Shown piece after piece: positions 47,098-56,969 of a stretch of DNA of 64,000 nucleotides. Source of the DNA: an uncultured Desulfobacter sp. (GTDB taxonomy: Bacteria > Desulfobacterota > Desulfobacteria > Desulfobacterales > Desulfobacteraceae). The notes below the pieces were generated by a model. It saw only the letters and a list, made by a program, of their open reading frames with translations. It was not told the origin of the DNA and ran no database searches. Within the stretch, counting starts at the first letter, position 1. Every line of letters begins with the position of its first letter. The DNA is taken from positions 4,704,001 to 4,768,000 of the forward strand of contig OY762069.1 of NCBI GenBank assembly GCA_963665095.1, read 5' to 3'. The translations under genes and the position numbers were made by a program.

Positions 47098-48345
47098 ATG
47101 AATCAGTTACGTCAATGGCTGACACTGGCCTTTAGAAATATTCTTAAAAGCAGACGGCGGACCATTGTCTCTTTAATGGCCATTGGGTTTGGTTTCGCCG
47201 CCATCGCCCTTTTTAAGGGATATATCCACAATATATATCAGGGGCTTCGGGGCTCGGCTATCCACGGGGCCGGCATCGGACACTTAACTGTTTATGCCAG
47301 GGGCTGGCAGGCCCATGGAAAATCAGATCCGCAACAGTACATGCTTTCAAAAGAGGCCATGGAAAAAATTGCCAAGATTGCCGGGAAAACCGATCATGTG
47401 GTTTTGACAAGTCCAAGGCTGTCTATCTCGGGCCTGGTTTCCAACGGTAAAGTTTCAACCATTTTTATTGCCACAGGGGTGGTACCGGCGCATGACAAAC
47501 AGATCAAAGGCGAGTTTGCCGCCTACAGCCCCATAACAGGCGAGCCGCTGAACCCGGACCAGCCGTACAGCGTGGAGATGGCCCAGGGGCTGGCGGAACT
47601 GTTTGAACTAAAATCCGGTGATGACGCCGTGGTCATGGGGACCTCTCTGGAGGGCCAGATGAATGCGCTGGACCTTCACATCAACGGCACATACAACACC
47701 GGTGTTGCCGACACCAATGATAAGTATATTAAAGTGCCGTTGTCCTTTGCCCAGTCTTTTTACGATACGCAACAGGCCGACAGCATGGTGGTTCTGCTGG
47801 ATGACTGGCAGCAGACGAATCAGGTCCGCCAGGAACTTTTAGCGCGGTTGTCACAGGCCGGGGTTGATGTGGAGATCAAAACCTGGAAAGAGCTGTCTGC
47901 CTTTTACAACAATGTGCGCAACATGTTTGACATGGTCTTTTTATTTATCTTTGCCATTGTGTTTATCATTGTGATCATGAGCACCACCAATACCATGGGC
48001 ATGGCCGTGGTGGAGCGGACAAGGGAGATCGGCACCCTCAGGGCCTTAGGCCTTAAACGCCGCGGGGTCAGTCTGTTGTTTGCGGCTGAGGGCTGGCTTT
48101 TAGGCGTGTTCGGCTGCCTGTTCGGGCTTGTTCTTCATGCCGGAGCATGGGCGCTGATATCCTTTCTTAAGCCGTCCTATATCCCGCCTGGGAATTCAAG
48201 TCCTGTGGCACTGATCGTGGATTTTATGCCGGGAAGTCTCATCCGCCTGATGATTTTCATGACATGCCTGGCCCTTATCAGCGCCATTGTTCCTGCCCGG
48301 CGGGCGGCAAAGCAGAATGTAGTGGAGTCCCTGACCCATGTTTAG
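47098..48345 (+). CDS. ABC permease (FtsX/LolCE-like)
   Basis: LAFRNI, ERTREIGTLRALG, PARRAA motifs. Confidence 0.93.
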   Translation: MNQLRQWLTLAFRNILKSRRRTIVSLMAIGFGFAAIALFKGYIHNIYQGLRGSAIHGAGIGHLTVYARGWQAHGKSDPQQYMLSKEAMEKIAKIAGKTDHVVLTSPRLSISGLVSNGKVSTIFIATGVVPAHDKQIKGEFAAYSPITGEPLNPDQPYSVEMAQGLAELFELKSGDDAVVMGTSLEGQMNALDLHINGTYNTGVADTNDKYIKVPLSFAQSFYDTQQADSMVVLLDDWQQTNQVRQELLARLSQAGVDVEIKTWKELSAFYNNVRNMFDMVFLFIFAIVFIIVIMSTTNTMGMAVVERTREIGTLRALGLKRRGVSLLFAAEGWLLGVFGCLFGLVLHAGAWALISFLKPSYIPPGNSSPVALIVDFMPGSLIRLMIFMTCLALISAIVPARRAAKQNVVESLTHV

Positions 48346-48431
48346 AAGCCATCTCAAAAAAATCTTTTGGCCCAAGTGTGAGCTGATGCTCCTCTGGTTG
48401 GATCAAAACCTTTATTTTGGGAAAGCTTCTA
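48343..48431. mobile_element. 89-bp MITE-like inverted-repeat element
   Basis: tagaagccatctcaaaa / ttttgggaaagcttcta (14 of 17 match), inner arms, TA at both ends. Confidence 0.5.
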
Positions 48432-48469
48432 ACAGTACTGAACTAAATATATCCGACAAAGGAAAACCC

Positions 48470-49216
48470 ATGAAATATCTTATTCTTTTATCCATGGCTG
48501 TGATGACCGTTTTTTCACCAGGCAGAGCCCGGGCCTCGGGTATGGAGGCTGCGGGTCTTGCCCTTCAGGCATCAGACCTGTCCCGGGGAAATGTATCCGG
48601 GATCCAGTGGAACATTGACATTGAATCCATTACCGCTAAAAGAACACAGGCGAACAAATTGAATGTCCTGGTCAAAGGCACCAACTGCCTGGCTGAGTAC
48701 CTGGCCCCTGCTAGGATCAGGGGGCAGAAGCTGCTCATGCAGGACCGCAACATGTGGTTTATCAAACCGGGCCTGTCCAGAGCAGTTCCCATTTCACCGA
48801 GACAAAAACTTTTAGGCGGCGCATCAAACGGAGATATTGCTTCGACCAACTATGCCGGGGATTACACCATTGAATCGGTTGAAGACGAAGATGTCAATAA
48901 TGCCCCCTGTTTTGTGTATGAATTAAAGGCCAAAAACAAAAAGGTGACCTATGACAGGATTCGCTACTGGGTGTCAAAAGAGCGGCAGGTTGGCCTGAAA
49001 GCACAGTTTTTTACCCTGTCGGGCAAAATGTTTAAAACCGCCCTGTTTGAATATGACCATACCATCAGAATCAATGGGGAGGACCGGCCTTTTGTCTCCA
49101 GAATGATCATTGAAAATGCCGTGGGGGAAGCGGAGAAGACCATCATGGTGTATCATGGCATACAGATACGGGAGATCAACGCATCCGCCTTTAACCTGAA
49201 CCTGCTGGTCCGGTAA
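48470..49216 (+). CDS. LolA-like outer-membrane lipoprotein-sorting protein
   Basis: Signal peptide from ATG 48470; PISPRQKLLGGASNGDIA and YDRIRYWV motifs. Confidence 0.82.
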   Translation: MKYLILLSMAVMTVFSPGRARASGMEAAGLALQASDLSRGNVSGIQWNIDIESITAKRTQANKLNVLVKGTNCLAEYLAPARIRGQKLLMQDRNMWFIKPGLSRAVPISPRQKLLGGASNGDIASTNYAGDYTIESVEDEDVNNAPCFVYELKAKNKKVTYDRIRYWVSKERQVGLKAQFFTLSGKMFKTALFEYDHTIRINGEDRPFVSRMIIENAVGEAEKTIMVYHGIQIREINASAFNLNLLVR

Positions 49217-50512
49217 TTGAGAGGTGTCATGATTATATGTGACTTGATGGTCATACGGATTTTAGCGATTTCCTGTGTGGCATTCTTCTTAATGCCTTGT
49301 TCTGCCGCAGCCCTTGATACGGGGATCAAATTTTATACCCTTGCTGAAATAACGGAAACCGCAGAGTCGTCCAGGAACCCGGACAACCGGTTTGCAAAGA
49401 TTTCGAATCAGCACCTCAGGGCGGTTCTTAAAGCGGATTTATATGAATCCCTGGGCAAATGGCAGCTGTCTGCCCGGCCCAGATTGAAACTGGGCTGGGA
49501 CAAGGCAGAATTCGGCGGGCAAGATGAAGAAACCGCTGATATCAGCGTTGAGATGATGGAGTTTGGCATCCGCTACATGATCAGCAACGATGTTTTGGCA
49601 GGCTATGGCCGGGAAAACCTTCAGTGGGGACCATGCTTTTTATATTCACCATCCAATCCTTTTTTCACGGATAACGGCAAAAAAGATCTGATCCAGGATT
49701 TTGAGGGCAAGGGAATCGCCAAGCTGGTATGGGTCAAGGATTTTAACTGGTCTTTCTCACTGATGTGCAACACGGATAAGGGGGCTGTGGATGAAACTGA
49801 CTTTCAGAAAACCTATGCGCTGAAAATTGATTACGCGAACAGCCAGGGATACGGGTCTGCTGTGATCTCCTGCCAAGATCACAGCCGGGCAAAGCTCGGG
49901 ATGTACGGGGGAATAACCGCCACAGACGCCCTGATCATTTACAGTGAAGCCGGGTTTCAGCAGGGAAGCGATGCCTGGTATCCCCGGGAAAGCGAGAACT
50001 CGACCCTTAAATGGGAAATGGTGCAAAGCAAAGAAAACAGCGATAAAATTTTTTCAACCCTTATCGCGGGCGCAAGCTATACCTTTGAATCTGGAAATAC
50101 CCTGAGCCTTGAGTATCTTTATTACGGGCAGGGTTACGATGACAGTGAGGCATCGGATTTTAAACAGCTGATTACTGCGGCAGAGCGGTTTTATACGTCC
50201 AGCAGTGAATTGTCCGGATATGGGGAAAAGCTTTTAGGCAAAAGCGCTGCGGACGGCCGTGATTTCCTGCGGCAAAACTATCTTATGGCCCAGTACCTGA
50301 ATGATGAGATTTTACCCGATACAGACCTGATTTTGCGGATCACCTATTGCATGGATGACCAGGCAGTCCGGTTCTATTCGTCGGTAAATTATAATCTGAG
50401 CGACAGCATCGAGTTCAAAGCGGCGACCACAATAAACACAGCCGGGTCAGATGAATCCTTTGCCGGGTTCATGCGTTACCAGGTTCAGGCTGCTGTGGAA
50501 TATTCATATTGA
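49217..50512 (+). CDS. Putative outer-membrane beta-barrel protein (start uncertain)
   Basis: Signal peptide, amphipathic strands, GRENLQWG..YSPSNPF, terminal EYSY. Confidence 0.7.
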   Translation: MRGVMIICDLMVIRILAISCVAFFLMPCSAAALDTGIKFYTLAEITETAESSRNPDNRFAKISNQHLRAVLKADLYESLGKWQLSARPRLKLGWDKAEFGGQDEETADISVEMMEFGIRYMISNDVLAGYGRENLQWGPCFLYSPSNPFFTDNGKKDLIQDFEGKGIAKLVWVKDFNWSFSLMCNTDKGAVDETDFQKTYALKIDYANSQGYGSAVISCQDHSRAKLGMYGGITATDALIIYSEAGFQQGSDAWYPRESENSTLKWEMVQSKENSDKIFSTLIAGASYTFESGNTLSLEYLYYGQGYDDSEASDFKQLITAAERFYTSSSELSGYGEKLLGKSAADGRDFLRQNYLMAQYLNDEILPDTDLILRITYCMDDQAVRFYSSVNYNLSDSIEFKAATTINTAGSDESFAGFMRYQVQAAVEYSY

Positions 50513-50573
50513 AAGATCAAATAAACCGTGTCAGGATACCACCTGCATTGGATAAAGCCCAAGGTTTTATAAA

Positions 50574-51653
50574 ATGAAACTACCGATGTTTGAATACCGA
50601 AAATTCTCCTGGAGTCATCTGGTACGGGAAATCGTTGTGATTTCGTTGTGCTCTGTTGTTATGGCATTGATTTTCATGTTGATAACTTCAGAAAATTGCT
50701 CCACCAATATTTATCTGAAATACCTTATTATATCTGAGATTATGGGGCTTTGTATCGGATTGCCCTGCTGTGTTTTATTTCCTTTATTAAAACCGGACAG
50801 GGCTGTTTACCAGGTTATGCTGCTCACCGGCTGCGTTTTCGGGGGATCTGTTCTTGGCGGCGTTATATCCAGTCCCATTTTGAGTAATGAGTTCGGTGTG
50901 GAGAATACACCGTTTCCCACTTCAACCATCCTGATCGGCATTATTCTGGGGTTTATCATCTCCTTTGGATTTATTGCCTGGGAGCGCTTCCTTTCAATTA
51001 AGCTGGCAATGGGCGAAGAAAAGCTTGCCCGGATCTCCCTTGAAAAGGAGAAAATCAATGCTGATTTGAAACTGCTGCAGGCCCAGGTGGAACCCCATTT
51101 CCTTTTTAATACCTTGTCTAATATTTTAAGCCTGTTGGACCATGACGTGGATACCGGAAAACAGATGCTCGAGAATCTGACCGCCTATCTGCGCACCTCT
51201 TTGCTGCAGTCCAGGAAAGAAAGAAATCTCATCGGGCAGGAGGTGGAGAGCATCCAAAGCTATCTGGATATTTTTAAGATCCGCATGGGGGATCGCTTGA
51301 GTTATTCCATGGATTTCCCGGAGGAGGTCTTACACCTTCCCATTCCTCCCATGATGATCCAGCCCCTGGTTGAAAACTGTGTCAAACACGGGCTTGAGCC
51401 CAAGATAGACGGCGGGCATATCACGCTTAAAGGTGCGTTAAAACAGAACCGGCTGATCATTGAAGTGTCAGATACCGGGGCCGGCGTTCAGGAAAAGTCC
51501 GGGTCCGGGGTTGGCACCGGCAATATTAAAAAACGGCTCAAAGCCATGTATGGGGATGAGGCGGGTCTAAGATTTGAAGACATGGCCCCCAGCGGCCTTA
51601 AAGCCATAATGGAGATCCCTTATGACCCGGATCACAGCACTGATCGCAGATGA
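50574..51653 (+). CDS. LytS-family sensor histidine kinase
   Basis: 4 TM segments; LQAQVEPHFLFNTL, QPLVENCVKHG, DTGAG. Confidence 0.95.
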   Translation: MKLPMFEYRKFSWSHLVREIVVISLCSVVMALIFMLITSENCSTNIYLKYLIISEIMGLCIGLPCCVLFPLLKPDRAVYQVMLLTGCVFGGSVLGGVISSPILSNEFGVENTPFPTSTILIGIILGFIISFGFIAWERFLSIKLAMGEEKLARISLEKEKINADLKLLQAQVEPHFLFNTLSNILSLLDHDVDTGKQMLENLTAYLRTSLLQSRKERNLIGQEVESIQSYLDIFKIRMGDRLSYSMDFPEEVLHLPIPPMMIQPLVENCVKHGLEPKIDGGHITLKGALKQNRLIIEVSDTGAGVQEKSGSGVGTGNIKKRLKAMYGDEAGLRFEDMAPSGLKAIMEIPYDPDHSTDRR

Positions 51654-52374
51654 TGAAGCAGAGTTAAGGGGACACCTGGAAAGACAGCTGGCACAGCTGT
51701 GGCCGGAGCTGGTTATTCTGGGCCAGGCAAAAAACGGCGTTGAGGCCCTGGAGATGGTCCAGGCACTCTGTCCGGACATTGTATTTCTTGATATCAAAAT
51801 GCCCGGCTTAAACGGCATTGAGGTGGCACGAAAGATCTGCGGGCAATGCTCAATTGTTTTTATTACCGCCTATGATCAGTACGCCATCGAAGCCTTTGAA
51901 AACGAAGCACTGGATTATATTCTTAAACCTGTGGAAAAAAAGCGACTGCTCAACTGTATCAACCGCTGTAAAAAAAGGATTTCAAAACCAAAACCGGATC
52001 TTGCTAAGCTTCTTTCCGGTCTTGAAAAAAAGCTTGGCAGGTCAAAAGAGTTCCTGCAATGGATCCGCGCCCAGCACGGGGACACCATCCGTCTGATTCC
52101 CGTGGAGGATGTGCTGGTGTTCAAATCTGCGGATAAATACACGTTGGTCATCACCGCAGACAAAGAGTCCATTATCCGCAAAACCATCAAAGAACTCGAA
52201 GCAGAACTGGACCCGGAAAAATTCTGGAAAATCCACCGGGGCAGTATTGTAAATGTCTCCTGCATCCGGCAGGTCAGCAAATCATTGACCGGTAAATATG
52301 TTCTTAAGATAAACGGATTTGATGAGCCCCTCATGGTCTCCCGTTCCTACACCCATCTGTTCAGGCAGATGTAA
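51622..52374 (+). CDS. LytTR-family response regulator
   Basis: IADDE, FLDIKMP, FITAYD, FWKIHRGSIVN, VSRSY. Confidence 0.95.
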   Translation: MTRITALIADDEAELRGHLERQLAQLWPELVILGQAKNGVEALEMVQALCPDIVFLDIKMPGLNGIEVARKICGQCSIVFITAYDQYAIEAFENEALDYILKPVEKKRLLNCINRCKKRISKPKPDLAKLLSGLEKKLGRSKEFLQWIRAQHGDTIRLIPVEDVLVFKSADKYTLVITADKESIIRKTIKELEAELDPEKFWKIHRGSIVNVSCIRQVSKSLTGKYVLKINGFDEPLMVSRSYTHLFRQM

Positions 52375-52602
52375 ATTCCGGGGCACAACTTGGATGACCG
52401 GGCGCCTTGGGGTGGGAATTGGGGGGCGCATCTTTCCCATTTTATTTTTTATCAAGTGCCGGTGTCCCTTGATAGGCAATGTTTTTCAACTTTTGTATCC
52501 CTGTGACTGTTGAAGAGATGATTATAAGAGTTGAATTTGGTATGATAAACTACTAATCTGAAAAGGTTTCATCACCATTTTAGCATATTTAAGGATATAA
52601 TT

Positions 52603-53001
52603 ATGGATATTTTAGTTGGATATAAAAAAGCGAATCAAGATCTTTTAGAGTTTTCGGCCGTTCATGCCAAAGCGTTCAATGCCAATGTGATTCTGGTCAC
52701 CTCCTTGAAAGGGGGCGATGATGATGTGGAAAAAGTTGATAAAGCTAAATACAACCTGGAAGCAGGCAAGCAATTTTTTGATCAAAGAGGAATTCAATGT
52801 GAAACGCATCTGCTTGTGCATGGCATGGAGGCCGGAGAGGATTTGGTCTCCTTTGCACAGGAAAAAAGTGTCTTTCAAATCATTATGGGGGTAAAAAACC
52901 GTTCCAAGGTCGGCAAGCTGCTTTTCGGGTCCACTGCCCAGACGGTCATTCTGACGGCACCCTGCCCGGTTCTTACGGTTAAAGGACAGGATGCTCAGTA
53001 A
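52603..53001 (+). CDS. Universal stress protein
   Basis: IIMGVKNRSKVGKLLFGSTAQTVILTAPCPVLTV. Confidence 0.93.
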   Translation: MDILVGYKKANQDLLEFSAVHAKAFNANVILVTSLKGGDDDVEKVDKAKYNLEAGKQFFDQRGIQCETHLLVHGMEAGEDLVSFAQEKSVFQIIMGVKNRSKVGKLLFGSTAQTVILTAPCPVLTVKGQDAQ

Positions 53002-53085
53002 TATACCCGGAGCCGCTCCTGGCGTCGGACTTTGATTCCTGCCCTTGAGGTTGACGTTTCGGTGAAATATTTTTGTGGTGAGTCT

Positions 53086-53106
53086 TGGGGTCAAGCTTTG
53101 ACCCCA
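53086..53106. repeat. Short GGGGTCA-ended palindrome
   Basis: tggggtcaa-gct-ttgacccca. Confidence 0.5.
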
Positions 53107-53126
53107 TTTCTTTATTTTAGGCATTT

Positions 53127-53327
53127 CTATGCGGTCACTTCAACCTCAACAAACTTTTTCTTTTGTTGAAGCAGGTACTTGCATAAAAACGCAAACCCGA
53201 TACTGGCAAAGGCCACGGACACATTTGCCACTCTCCAGTTGAAATGACGGCCCAGGGGTGTGGCAAATACGCTCCAGACATATACCTGGCCAATGATGAT
53301 GTTGATGAACTCCCCCTGGCCGGGCAA
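53127..53327 (-). pseudogene. Collapsed remnant of an OFA-family MFS transporter
   Basis: INIIIGQVYVWSVFATPL..FNW...VSVAF is an OFA N-terminal motif, but the ORF is only 66 aa. Confidence 0.65.
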
Positions 53328-53433
53328 TATCCGTGGGCTTGAAAATGCGATCGAACGATCCCTGATTCTGGACCAGGAACCGGATTTTTTTCAAGGAGAT
53401 CGGCGCGTTTGATGAAACCCCTTTGCAGCCTGG

Positions 53434-54225
53434 TCAAACTCTGACCAGTTCTTCCGGATCGTACTCAATCCTTGCATTGGTAATCATGTCCGCCTCATTG
53501 TCCCTGCGGGTATGCAGGCCCGGATGGACATTGATATCCCAAAGCCTTTTCATCAGCCGAACCTGCTCTGCCATACCATCCAGGTCCTTTGCCGTTACAA
53601 GGGCTTGAATCGCTTTCATCTCCCGCCTTGAACTGCCGGACATACCGGCGCCCCGGTTAAAAATAAGCGAAAGGAGCATTGACTGGGCATCGGCAGGAAG
53701 CGCTGTCACGCCCGGGAATGCTTTTTTCGTCTGTGCCGCATAATGCGGCAGGGTTGACTCATAATGAACCTGGCTTGCTGTCGTCAGTGGAATTTGAATT
53801 GATGCCACTTCCGGGAGCGCAGTATGGGCCGCCTCCCCCTTTAATCCTGAAACGCTTATCAATTTTTCAAGATCCGCATCGGGAATTTTTCCCTGCCAGG
53901 CCTTTTTTATCTTCGTTTCAGGTTGATAGCCAAGGTCGTACCCTATTCCGATGGTGATACCGCTTTTCCCCTTGGGCCAGATGGGATGGGAGAGAAATTT
54001 TTTGTAATATGCAGCCGATGAGATTTCAAAAAAAACAATCCTTTCAAGTCCGCGTCTGGAGCAGACTAAGCTATATGCCTGTGGCTGCGCCGCCTCTTCC
54101 CCCGGCGATTTATCCAGCAGGGCCTCAATGCGTGTCAGGGTGTCTGGTCCAAGAATGCCATCTGCGGTCACGCCAAGACGCCGTTGGATGGCTTTCAATC
54201 GGTCAATGATTTTTTTTGAAGTCAT
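53434..54225 (-). CDS. Peptidoglycan-binding plus pesticin-like muramidase protein
   Basis: IQRRLGVTADGILGPDT PG-binding motif; FFE, WPKGKSGITIGIGYDLG, LSLIFNRG, GLHTRRDNEA lysozyme-like motifs. Confidence 0.82.
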   Translation of the reverse strand: MTSKKIIDRLKAIQRRLGVTADGILGPDTLTRIEALLDKSPGEEAAQPQAYSLVCSRRGLERIVFFEISSAAYYKKFLSHPIWPKGKSGITIGIGYDLGYQPETKIKKAWQGKIPDADLEKLISVSGLKGEAAHTALPEVASIQIPLTTASQVHYESTLPHYAAQTKKAFPGVTALPADAQSMLLSLIFNRGAGMSGSSRREMKAIQALVTAKDLDGMAEQVRLMKRLWDINVHPGLHTRRDNEADMITNARIEYDPEELVRV

Positions 54226-54351
54226 GTTGCCCCCATAAGGTTTTTTAACGTTGTTTCCTAAATGGTCAGTCTGTTGCTTTTTAGGCTTTCACCCTGCCAG
54301 TTTTTCAGGGTTAAGGGGCAGGATGCTCTGTCATACACCGGAATACAAATG

Positions 54352-56082
54352 TTACTCCAGAAGCCAGGATTCGTGGTTGTAATAGGAGAGAAGGACGGGA
54401 AACAGCAGGGTGTTGATTTCCGTATGCGGACTTTTATCCATACCTTTGCCAAATACCAGCTGGCGTCTGAATACCTCGGGGGTTAAAAAACGGGTGGGCA
54501 CGGTGAATTCAAGATTTGCGATCTGCTGTGTCAGTTGGATGTGGTTGTCATCGCCCCGGGTGCATAAATACCAGCCCCAGTCCCCGAAAGAGGGGACATT
54601 TTCATGGAAGGGCAGGATGGAAAAGCCAGCCGCTGCCAGGGTCCGGCCAATGCAAAGGAAGCTCTCCCTAGCCAGATAGGGGGAGGTGGACTGGACCGCG
54701 GCCATCCCGCCCTGAGCCAGCCTGCACCGGACTTTTAAATAAAATTCCTTAGAGTAGAGCTTGGTCAGTTCCGGTGTGGACGGATCGGGCATATCCACGA
54801 TTATGACATCCCACTCCCCTTTGGCCTGTTCCAGAAATTTGTCTGCATCCAGGTTCATGACCCGCACCTGGGCCACACGCCTGGTGGTTCTGTCTCTTTT
54901 CCGGGTGCCGGTATTCTGGTAGATCTGGCGAAAGGGCCCGGGCGTAATGCCCTGGCCAGTGAGGGTGGTCAGTTTGGCATTGTCAAAGGCATGGTTGTTC
55001 AGGCGGGAGAGCAGGGGATGGGTGGCGGCAAGCGCTGTCATGGCCGGGTCCAGATCCACCAGGGTAATTTTATCCACATCCGGGTATTTCAGGATTTCCC
55101 TTAATGCACATCCGTCCCCCCCGCCCAGCACCAGCACCTGTTTATGGGACCGGGCCAGGGCCATGGCCGGATGAACCAGGGGCTCATGGTACCTTGCCTC
55201 GTCCGTGCTGCACAGCTGCAGGTTCCCGTTTAAAAAGAGCCGGATTTCGTCCAGGGGTTTGAAATGGGTGAGCACAATATGCTGGTACTGGCTGGTTTTT
55301 GAATAGATGATAGGGTCATCGTACAGGGCCTGTTCATTGGTGATCTGCCACTCCCGGTTGTGAAGATATCCGTAAATAACGGCTGCACAGGTGACCGCCA
55401 TAATCGTCATCAAAATAAAGTTGCTTTTTATGATGCCTTTCCGGGTGAAATAGAGAAAGGTGATCAGGGCCAGGCTGAAATTCATGCCTGCTGTGAGAAA
55501 GGCGGCCTCGGTAATGGGGAAAAACCGCAGCAGCAAAAAGACATATATCAGCGCCCCTGCCAGGGACCCGATATAGTCTGCAGACAGAATATTGCCCAGA
55601 TTGGTGGATAACTCCCGGGAAAAGTCATTGTTGATCCGGATGATCACAGGGATTTCCAGACCGATGAGGATGCCGATAACAGAGACAAAGAAATAGAGCA
55701 CCAGGCTGTAATGGGCGGTATATCCGTATGACAGATAGGTCAGGGTGGGGGAATATCCACCTGCCAGGGCCAGGGCAATTTCAATGCCGATGAAAGCAAA
55801 CACCAGGCCCTTTTTGGGAATTCTTGCCTGGATCAGGCTGCCGAATCCCATCCAGAACATCATCAGCCCGATGACCATGGCCCACTGCTCAAAGGCATTG
55901 CCAAGAATCATGGAGGCAAGGCTTGCCTGGATATACTCAAGGATGATGCCGCAGGCCCCGGAGGCAAACATGCACAGGCATAAAAGGGCTGAGGCAAAGT
56001 TAAGTCGGGAGCGCCCCATATCATCCGGGCGCTCCTGTTGGGCCGGCAGGCCGGACAGCAATGGATCAGATGGCATGGGCAA
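54352..56082 (-). CDS. speE: Membrane-anchored polyamine aminopropyltransferase (spermidine synthase)
   Basis: N-terminal TM domain (GLEIP, DYIGSLAG); DEARYHE, LGGGDG, VDLDP, DMPDP motifs. Confidence 0.92.
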   Translation of the reverse strand: MPMPSDPLLSGLPAQQERPDDMGRSRLNFASALLCLCMFASGACGIILEYIQASLASMILGNAFEQWAMVIGLMMFWMGFGSLIQARIPKKGLVFAFIGIEIALALAGGYSPTLTYLSYGYTAHYSLVLYFFVSVIGILIGLEIPVIIRINNDFSRELSTNLGNILSADYIGSLAGALIYVFLLLRFFPITEAAFLTAGMNFSLALITFLYFTRKGIIKSNFILMTIMAVTCAAVIYGYLHNREWQITNEQALYDDPIIYSKTSQYQHIVLTHFKPLDEIRLFLNGNLQLCSTDEARYHEPLVHPAMALARSHKQVLVLGGGDGCALREILKYPDVDKITLVDLDPAMTALAATHPLLSRLNNHAFDNAKLTTLTGQGITPGPFRQIYQNTGTRKRDRTTRRVAQVRVMNLDADKFLEQAKGEWDVIIVDMPDPSTPELTKLYSKEFYLKVRCRLAQGGMAAVQSTSPYLARESFLCIGRTLAAAGFSILPFHENVPSFGDWGWYLCTRGDDNHIQLTQQIANLEFTVPTRFLTPEVFRRQLVFGKGMDKSPHTEINTLLFPVLLSYYNHESWLLE

Positions 56083-56956
56083 TGATCAGGGCCACCGCAA
56101 TCATGGCGCCCTCCACCACCACCAGGGCTGCCACGTTCCTGTCCTCTTTGATCTCTGTGGCCAGGTTGGTGGTGGGCAGAAGGAACCGGTCGATAACCGC
56201 CCGGAAGCCCAGCAGCAGAATCATGCCGAATATGGTGTAGATGAAAAAGCCGCCAATATCACTGCCCCATCCGGTAAAAGGGCCTGCCAGGCTGCCCTTG
56301 AGAATAACCCCTAAGGCCACGAGAAGTCCGGCAAGGCCAATGCCTGCAGCGACATTGTTCTCTTTGATTTCATCCCTGATATTAAACGGGGTCATGGTTT
56401 CGTAAACCAGGCCAAAGGCCAGAAGAACGGCCTGGCCCAGCACAAAGAAGATGATCGCTGACAATATGGACTGAATAAATGTGCCGCCGCCACCGGAAAG
56501 GCTGCCGTTAAGGATGAAGCCTGTTGCCAGGTACATGCCGGCTTCCACCATGCCAAGGGCGGTGTTGCCGGTGATGGTACGGCCATCCTCCAGGGTAAAT
56601 ATTTTTGCACATTCCCGATCGTTGTCCAGATGTCCCATCATTATGAAATCATTAATGAATCTGGATATAAACAGGCAGGCGGTGATGATCACACCATCCA
56701 CCAGAAGGCAGCCAATGTCTTTCCAGAATCCGGCGGACCCCCCGGACAGCGCCCCTGCCATGGCAATGGCAATGGCCAGATAGAGTCCGGCCCGCCGCAG
56801 ACCCACGGCCACATTGCCGTCGTCAATATGGCGGTCATCATCAAAATTGGTGGTCCGCATGTCATCCAGCCATTTGGCCAGAAGAATAAATATGATACTT
56901 ACCAGGGCAAAACAAAAGCCCTGAACCAGATTGGTTAAAATCGTCAAGATGCTCAT
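56066..56956 (-). CDS. DUF350 membrane protein (multiple repeats)
   Basis: Repeats GNVAVG, GNTALG, EIKENNVAAG, EIKEDRNVAA; upstream of speE. Confidence 0.88.
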   Translation of the reverse strand: MSILTILTNLVQGFCFALVSIIFILLAKWLDDMRTTNFDDDRHIDDGNVAVGLRRAGLYLAIAIAMAGALSGGSAGFWKDIGCLLVDGVIITACLFISRFINDFIMMGHLDNDRECAKIFTLEDGRTITGNTALGMVEAGMYLATGFILNGSLSGGGGTFIQSILSAIIFFVLGQAVLLAFGLVYETMTPFNIRDEIKENNVAAGIGLAGLLVALGVILKGSLAGPFTGWGSDIGGFFIYTIFGMILLLGFRAVIDRFLLPTTNLATEIKEDRNVAALVVVEGAMIAVALIIAHAI

Positions 56957-56969
56957 CTGTTAGGTCTCC

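Noticed and set aside
53434..54225. Prophage around the muramidase
   Set aside because: No holin, structural, integrase or replication genes nearby
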